A stretch of DNA of 11,452 bases, from contig JBKPAK010000072.1 of assembly GCA_046726415.1 (NCBI GenBank), positions 1 through 11,452 of the forward strand, read 5' to 3'. This stretch comes from Candidatus Methylomirabilota bacterium. GTDB taxonomy: Bacteria > Methylomirabilota > Methylomirabilia > Rokubacteriales > CSP1-6. Positions 7,001-11,452 of this stretch are shown here, piece after piece. The first letter of the stretch is position 1. Each line of letters begins with the position of its first letter. The notes beneath the pieces were generated by a model. The model ran no database searches and was not told the DNA's origin. It worked only from the letters and a program-made list of their open reading frames with translations. A program made the position numbers and the translations under genes.

Positions 7001-8233
7001 TCAGGCGGACGCGGGCACCTCGGCGGGCGCGGGATGCTGGAGGCTCACGGGCGCCTTGGCCTCGAAGGGGTCGAGCAGTCCCAGCTCGTCGCCAATCTCC
7101 CGCACCGCGGGCAGGACTTCCTCTCCCAGGAGGCGAATACAGGTACGCGTGTCGGCGTCGCTGACGAAACCGTCGCTGGCCCAGAAGCCGACGATGGATG
7201 GCCTCGTTTCCTCCAGCAGGCGCCGGAGCTTTGGGATGACCGTCTTCGGCGTCCCCGCGATGATCATCTGATCCGCGATCTGCGACTCGAAGGTGACACC
7301 CCGGGGATTTGGACGGCGGCCTACGGAGTACTCGACGAACGCGGTGCGATTGGTCGGAGAGAAGTACCCCGACGGACTCGACCAGACCGGATGCGCGAGG
7401 CCGGTGAACTCGCCCTGCATCCACATGAACTGCCGGGCGTTGGCCATGGCCCGTTCCTCGCTCTCGGCGACATGGATGCGCTGAAGGTAGCCGCGGTTCT
7501 CGGGGCCGGCGACGTAGCCGGCCTCGACGGCCGCCTCGTCGTAGAGCTGCCAGATCTTTTTGGTCGCCGGGATGGACGTCGAGAGCGCAATGTATGGGTA
7601 GCGGTGCTGGGCCGCCCAGATCACCGTCTCCTTGCTGAGCACGCCCGGGATCCACACGCGGGGATGAGGGGTCTGCAGGGGGAGGGCCCATGGGTTGATG
7701 ACGCGGTGGTGATAGTGGTTGCCCTCCCAGCGAAAGGGCCCGCGCTGGGTCCACGTCTTGACGATGACGTCGTGGGCCTCCTCGAAGCGCTCGCGGTTGA
7801 AGGCGGGGTTGACCCCGGCGGCCAGCTGCTCCTGGCCGCCGCCGCGCACGAAGCCCGAGACCAGACGGCCCCGGGAGACCATGTCGATCATGGCCAGCTC
7901 CTCGGCCAGCCGGAGGGGATCCTCGGCGAGCGGCAGCGGATTGCCGAGCAGCACGATTTTCACGCGCTCGGTCACGGCGGCCAGGATCGAGGCGAACACA
8001 TTCGTCTTGGCCTGCATGCAGAACGGGGCGTTGTGGTGCTCGTTGAGCATGATGCCGTCGAAGCCGGCGCCCTCGGCCAGGCGGTAATGCTCGATGTACT
8101 GGTTGTAGAGACGGCTGCCGGCCACCGGGTCGAAGAAGCGGTTCGAGAACAGGAGTGCCGTGGCGCCGAAACGCCGCCCTTCGTCCTCGGGGTAGGCCGA
8201 CATCGGTTGCTCGGTGAAGTACATGAAGTGCAT
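7001..8233 (-). CDS. LLM-class flavin-dependent monooxygenase/oxidoreductase (410 aa)
   Basis: The real start is ATG 8233 (MHFMYFTEQP) with AGGGAG upstream; the ORF track's 8521 start overlaps the upstream gene. Motifs AE..GFDGI.LNEHH, PLRLAEELAMIDM.S.GRL.SGFVRG, NRERFEEA, P.Q.PHP.VWIPG and IAGTP.TV are present. Confidence 0.93.
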   Translation of the reverse strand: MHFMYFTEQPMSAYPEDEGRRFGATALLFSNRFFDPVAGSRLYNQYIEHYRLAEGAGFDGIMLNEHHNAPFCMQAKTNVFASILAAVTERVKIVLLGNPLPLAEDPLRLAEELAMIDMVSRGRLVSGFVRGGGQEQLAAGVNPAFNRERFEEAHDVIVKTWTQRGPFRWEGNHYHHRVINPWALPLQTPHPRVWIPGVLSKETVIWAAQHRYPYIALSTSIPATKKIWQLYDEAAVEAGYVAGPENRGYLQRIHVAESEERAMANARQFMWMQGEFTGLAHPVWSSPSGYFSPTNRTAFVEYSVGRRPNPRGVTFESQIADQMIIAGTPKTVIPKLRRLLEETRPSIVGFWASDGFVSDADTRTCIRLLGEEVLPAVREIGDELGLLDPFEAKAPVSLQHPAPAEVPASA

Positions 8234-8247
8234 GCTCGCGCTCCCTG

Positions 8248-9036
8248 TCAGGTCTGTGCCACGAAGTCGATGACGGCGCGGGCCAGTTCGGCCGGCCGCT
8301 CCAGGTCTACGAAATGCCCCGCGCCCTCGATCACCGCCAGCCGGGCCCGGGGCAGGGCCTTGGCGTAGCGCTCGCCGCACTCGAGGGGGACGATGCGATC
8401 GTCCCGTCCCCACACGACGAGCGCCGGTGCCTGCACCCCCCCGAGCAAATGGGGAAGCGTCGGATTGTACATGTAGGGCCGCCACGCGATGCGGAAGGTC
8501 ATCTCGCGATTGATATCCCACTGCTCGAGCAGTGGCGTGGGAAGTTCGGCCCCAAAGGTGCGCTCGAACGCGGCGGGGTCGCTGAACCCGGCCCGGATGT
8601 AGTCGACGTAGCTCAGGAGGGCCTGATCCAGAATCTCGCCGCGCTCGGGCTTGATGCCCATCGCGCCCACCAGAATGATGCGACTGAAGTCGCGCGGGGC
8701 CATGGTCGCCATTTCGGCGGCGATCCAGCCTCCAAAGCCGAGGCCGAGCAGGGACGTCCCCCGGAGTCCCCGATCGGCGAGCACGCTCTGATACATCACC
8801 GCCACGTCGCGCACGCCGCGCAACCAGCCTGGACGGGCGGAGCGATCGTAGCCCGGGTGCGACGGCGCCAGCACCGTGAAGCGCTCGGCGAGCGCGTCGA
8901 GGAGCGGCGCGCGCTCAGGGCTTCCGATGTCGTGGTGTAGGACCAGGAGCGGTTCTCCCCGACCGGCAGTGCTCACGTGGAGAGCAATTCCCGCCACCAT
9001 CGCGGTCTCGTCGATCCAGGTCGTCATGGTGTCCAT
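8248..9036 (-). CDS. Alpha/beta hydrolase fold protein with Gly at the nucleophile position
   Basis: G.GEPLLVLH, V.AP.HPGY..S, elbow LLGLGFGGWIAAE.A, P.LVVWG..DRIVP (acid) and IEGAGHF (His). Alternative start at ATG 9027. Confidence 0.92.
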   Translation of the reverse strand: MDTMTTWIDETAMVAGIALHVSTAGRGEPLLVLHHDIGSPERAPLLDALAERFTVLAPSHPGYDRSARPGWLRGVRDVAVMYQSVLADRGLRGTSLLGLGFGGWIAAEMATMAPRDFSRIILVGAMGIKPERGEILDQALLSYVDYIRAGFSDPAAFERTFGAELPTPLLEQWDINREMTFRIAWRPYMYNPTLPHLLGGVQAPALVVWGRDDRIVPLECGERYAKALPRARLAVIEGAGHFVDLERPAELARAVIDFVAQT

Positions 9037-9063
9037 ACTAGCTCACGACGCCCGCGCGTGCCG

Positions 9064-9080
9064 CTGGCACCGCGATTGCG
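9064..9080 (+). promoter_or_regulatory. Sigma54 (-24/-12) promoter candidate for the ABC transporter
   Basis: CTGGCAC-CGCGA-TTGCG matches TGGCAC-N5-TTGC with exact GG-N10-GC spacing. Confidence 0.55.
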
Positions 9081-9081
9081 C

Positions 9082-9110
9082 TTGACTTGCCGATGACCCT
9101 GCGTCATCTT
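9082..9110 (+). promoter_or_regulatory. Sigma70-like promoter with an overlapping operator-like dyad
   Basis: TTGACT (9082-9087), 17 nt, CATCTT (9105-9110). GATGAC-N5-GTCATC at 9092-9108 overlaps it. Confidence 0.55.
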
Positions 9111-9197
9111 CGCCACACTCGGCGCGGGGGAAAGACCGCACGCGTCGCATTCGCTCGGGCGGTTGCCTTCACACCGACTGTGAAGAGGAGAGCAAGG

Positions 9198-10895
9198 ATG
9201 CCGATCGATAGCCCCGGCCCTGTCGTCTTCCACCGGCGAGTGAACCGACGGGAATTTCTCCGGCATGCGGGATGGAGCGGCGCCGCCGCCACCGCCCTCG
9301 TCGTCGCCGGACGCGGACGCGCGTTCGCTCAGGCGTCGTCCCCGTATCCCGACTGGATTCCTCCCAGCACGAAGCCGGTGAAGCGTGGCGGAACGCTCGC
9401 GCGGGCCACGGCCTGGGATCCCCCGGTGCTGGATCCGCGGCTGACCAACTCCGTGGGCCTGTTCCAGATCGCCTCGCTGGTCTGCAACCGACTGGTGCGT
9501 TATCCCTTCGCCGACGAGGCGAACGGGACCGCCGATCTCACGCTCAAGGGCGATCTCGCGGAGTCGTGGCAGAACAGCACGGACTACCGGGTGTGGAGCT
9601 TCAAGCTGCGCCAAGGGGTCAAGTGGCACAACGTGCCGCCGCTCAACGGGCGCGAGTTCGTGGCGGCCGACGTCAAGTACTGCTACGAGCAGTACGCGAA
9701 GGAAGGCGTGCAGGCCTTCACCTTCCAGGAAATCGAGGGCATCGAGACCCCCGACAAGTACACCGTCCGCATCCACCTGAAGTCACCCAACGTGATGTTT
9801 CCGCAGAACCTCGCCGAGGCGGTCACGGTCATCTTCGCGCGTGAGGTCCTGGAGGAGGACGGCGACCTCAAGAAGCGCATGATCGGCACCGGGCCGTACG
9901 TCTTGAAGGAGAACACCCGCAAGGTGAAGGCGGTGCTCGCCCGGCATCCCGACTATTTCGACAAGGGGCGCCCCTACGTCGACGAGTACACGATCTTCTC
10001 TACGCCCGATGCGGCCACCCGGACGGCGGCCTTCCGCACCGGGCAGAGCGACATCCTCCACGTGTCGAGCCTCGCCGACGTGGAGACCATTCGCAAGACC
10101 AACCCCGCCGCCGTCGTCGAAGAGTTCAAGTTCCTCCAGACGCCCTTCGGCCTGGCCCTCGCCCAGGGCAAGCCGCCCTTCAACGACGTGCGCGTGCGCC
10201 GCGCCATCTCCATGGCCATCGATCGCCAGAAGCAGGTGGACACGATCTACGAACGGCACGCCATCCTGGGGTGGGGGATCCCGTACATCTACTTCCAGGA
10301 CAAGCCGCCCACCGCGGCCCAGCTCGGCCCCTGGTGGCAGTACAAGCCGGAGGAGGCCAGGAAGCTCCTGGCCGAGGCGGGCCATGCCAAAGGGTTCGAG
10401 ACCACGCTGTTCTACTACGAATACTTCCCCCAGATGACCTCGCAGATCCAGCTGGTGCAGCAGGATCTCAAGCGGAATCTGAACATCGACATCAAGATCA
10501 ACAAGCTCGACTACACCACGTACTACGGCCGCTACGCGGAGGGCAAGTGGGACGGGATGGCGTGGGGCTTCAAGACGGGCTACGCGGTGAGTCTGGACGA
10601 GCAGACCTATCACTACATGCATTCCAAGTCCACCAAGAACTACTTCCGCTTTGCCGATCCCGTCATCGACGAGCTGACCACCAAGCTCCGCCAGACTCCG
10701 GATCGCGCGGACCAGCGCGCCATCACCAAGAAGATTTTCGAGCGAGAGCATGACCAGGTGCTCCGGATGTGGATGCCGTTCGACGGCGGCTTCCTGATCT
10801 GGCAGCCGCACCTGCGGAACATTGGCGCCCTGGCCATCCGGCGGAGCGATGGCTACGGATCGTCGACGCTCGCTCGTCTGTGGATCGATAAGTAG
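9198..10895 (+). CDS. ABC transporter substrate-binding protein, family 5 (Dpp/Opp/Nik-type), Tat-exported
   Basis: AGGAG at 9186-9190 precedes ATG 9198. Twin-arginine NRREFLR and AFA-Q cleavage site. Family motifs KRGGTL, GDLAESW, FKLRQGVKWH, IGTGPY, PF.DVRVRRAISMAIDR and A.KLLAEAG. Confidence 0.95.
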   Translation: MPIDSPGPVVFHRRVNRREFLRHAGWSGAAATALVVAGRGRAFAQASSPYPDWIPPSTKPVKRGGTLARATAWDPPVLDPRLTNSVGLFQIASLVCNRLVRYPFADEANGTADLTLKGDLAESWQNSTDYRVWSFKLRQGVKWHNVPPLNGREFVAADVKYCYEQYAKEGVQAFTFQEIEGIETPDKYTVRIHLKSPNVMFPQNLAEAVTVIFAREVLEEDGDLKKRMIGTGPYVLKENTRKVKAVLARHPDYFDKGRPYVDEYTIFSTPDAATRTAAFRTGQSDILHVSSLADVETIRKTNPAAVVEEFKFLQTPFGLALAQGKPPFNDVRVRRAISMAIDRQKQVDTIYERHAILGWGIPYIYFQDKPPTAAQLGPWWQYKPEEARKLLAEAGHAKGFETTLFYYEYFPQMTSQIQLVQQDLKRNLNIDIKINKLDYTTYYGRYAEGKWDGMAWGFKTGYAVSLDEQTYHYMHSKSTKNYFRFADPVIDELTTKLRQTPDRADQRAITKKIFEREHDQVLRMWMPFDGGFLIWQPHLRNIGALAIRRSDGYGSSTLARLWIDK

Positions 10896-10942
10896 CGGGA
10901 GGTCCGAGGGGCGGCCACCATCCACGGGGCGAGAGCGCGGGC

Positions 10943-11452
10943 ATGCACAAGTACGTGATCCGCCGGCTCCTGCTGGCCATCCCCGTCCTGCTGCTTTCGT
11001 CGGTGATCGTCTTCGGGCTGATGCGCGTGATGCCGGGCGACGCCCTCACCGCCTTGATGGCCGAGTCCGGCAATGTCGGTGAGCGGGAGCTCAAGAAACT
11101 CCGCATGGACCTCGGCCTCGACCGGCCGTACTACGAGCAATACGCGATCTGGATCTGGCAGATGGTGAGCCTCCGCCCGGGCCACTCCATCTTCACCAAC
11201 GAGCCCATCGCGGTCGCGCTGAAGAAATCCATTCCGGTCACGATCGAGCTGGCCACGCTGGCCATGATCCTGGGACTGATCATCGCCATTCCCGTCGGCG
11301 TGCTGTCTGCCACCCGGCAGGACAAGACCTCGGACTACGTGGGGCGCGTGGTGGCCGTCTCCGGCCTGTCCTTGCCCGACTTCTGGCTGGGCACCCTGGT
11401 CATCACCTTTGCCGCCATCTGGTTCCACTGGATTCCTCCGCTGGGCTACGCC
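10943..11452 (+). CDS. ABC transporter permease, DppB/OppB-type, 3' end runs off the window
   Basis: Manual translation gives MHKYVIRRLLLAIPVLLLSSVIVFGLMRVMPGD...LGLDRPYYEQY...IPVTIELA...IAIPVGVLSA...SLPDFWLG, the classic DppB N-terminus. Absent from the ORF track. Confidence 0.95.
   Translation, partial: MHKYVIRRLLLAIPVLLLSSVIVFGLMRVMPGDALTALMAESGNVGERELKKLRMDLGLDRPYYEQYAIWIWQMVSLRPGHSIFTNEPIAVALKKSIPVTIELATLAMILGLIIAIPVGVLSATRQDKTSDYVGRVVAVSGLSLPDFWLGTLVITFAAIWFHWIPPLGYA

Noticed and set aside
7034..8368. 444-aa plus-strand ORF, and similarly 9783..10925 (-), 1849..2736 (-) and 10853..11428 (-)
   Set aside because: Antisense mirror ORFs of well-supported genes, caused by GC-biased codon usage.
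8234..8521. N-terminal extension of the LLM ORF suggesting a fusion or frameshift with the hydrolase
   Set aside because: The hydrolase has its own intact stop at 8248-8250 and the LLM has an RBS and ATG at 8233. The extension is an off-frame read of the hydrolase gene.
9087..9197. Longer start for the binding protein given in the ORF track
   Set aside because: It overlaps the promoter motifs. ATG 9198 has the RBS and puts the Tat motif near the N-terminus.

Overview
High-GC bacterial chromosomal segment. Gene content and a G-rich palindromic repeat suggest Rokubacteria/Methylomirabilota, which is inference only. In order it carries: a partial CBS-pair protein (minus strand, missing from the ORF track); a DUF6335-like protein with a histone-like basic N-terminus; a G-rich tandem/palindromic repeat element that is also an open 66-codon ORF; a secreted glucose/sorbosone (PQQ-type) dehydrogenase-family protein with an extra C-terminal domain; a family VIII (beta-lactamase-fold) esterase; a DUF2182-DUF1326 Cys-rich pair; an F420-type luciferase-like oxidoreductase; a second luciferase-like monooxygenase co-transcribed with an alpha/beta-hydrolase-fold protein that lacks the nucleophilic Ser; and a divergent Tat-exported Dpp/Opp-type ABC binding protein plus a partial permease. 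The most interesting leads are the nucleophile-less hydrolase/LLM module, the repeat element with coding potential, a candidate ~95-nt structured RNA behind its own sigma70-like promoter, and back-to-back sigma54/sigma70 promoters with dyads upstream of the transporter. No CRISPR, tRNA, rRNA or transposase was seen.
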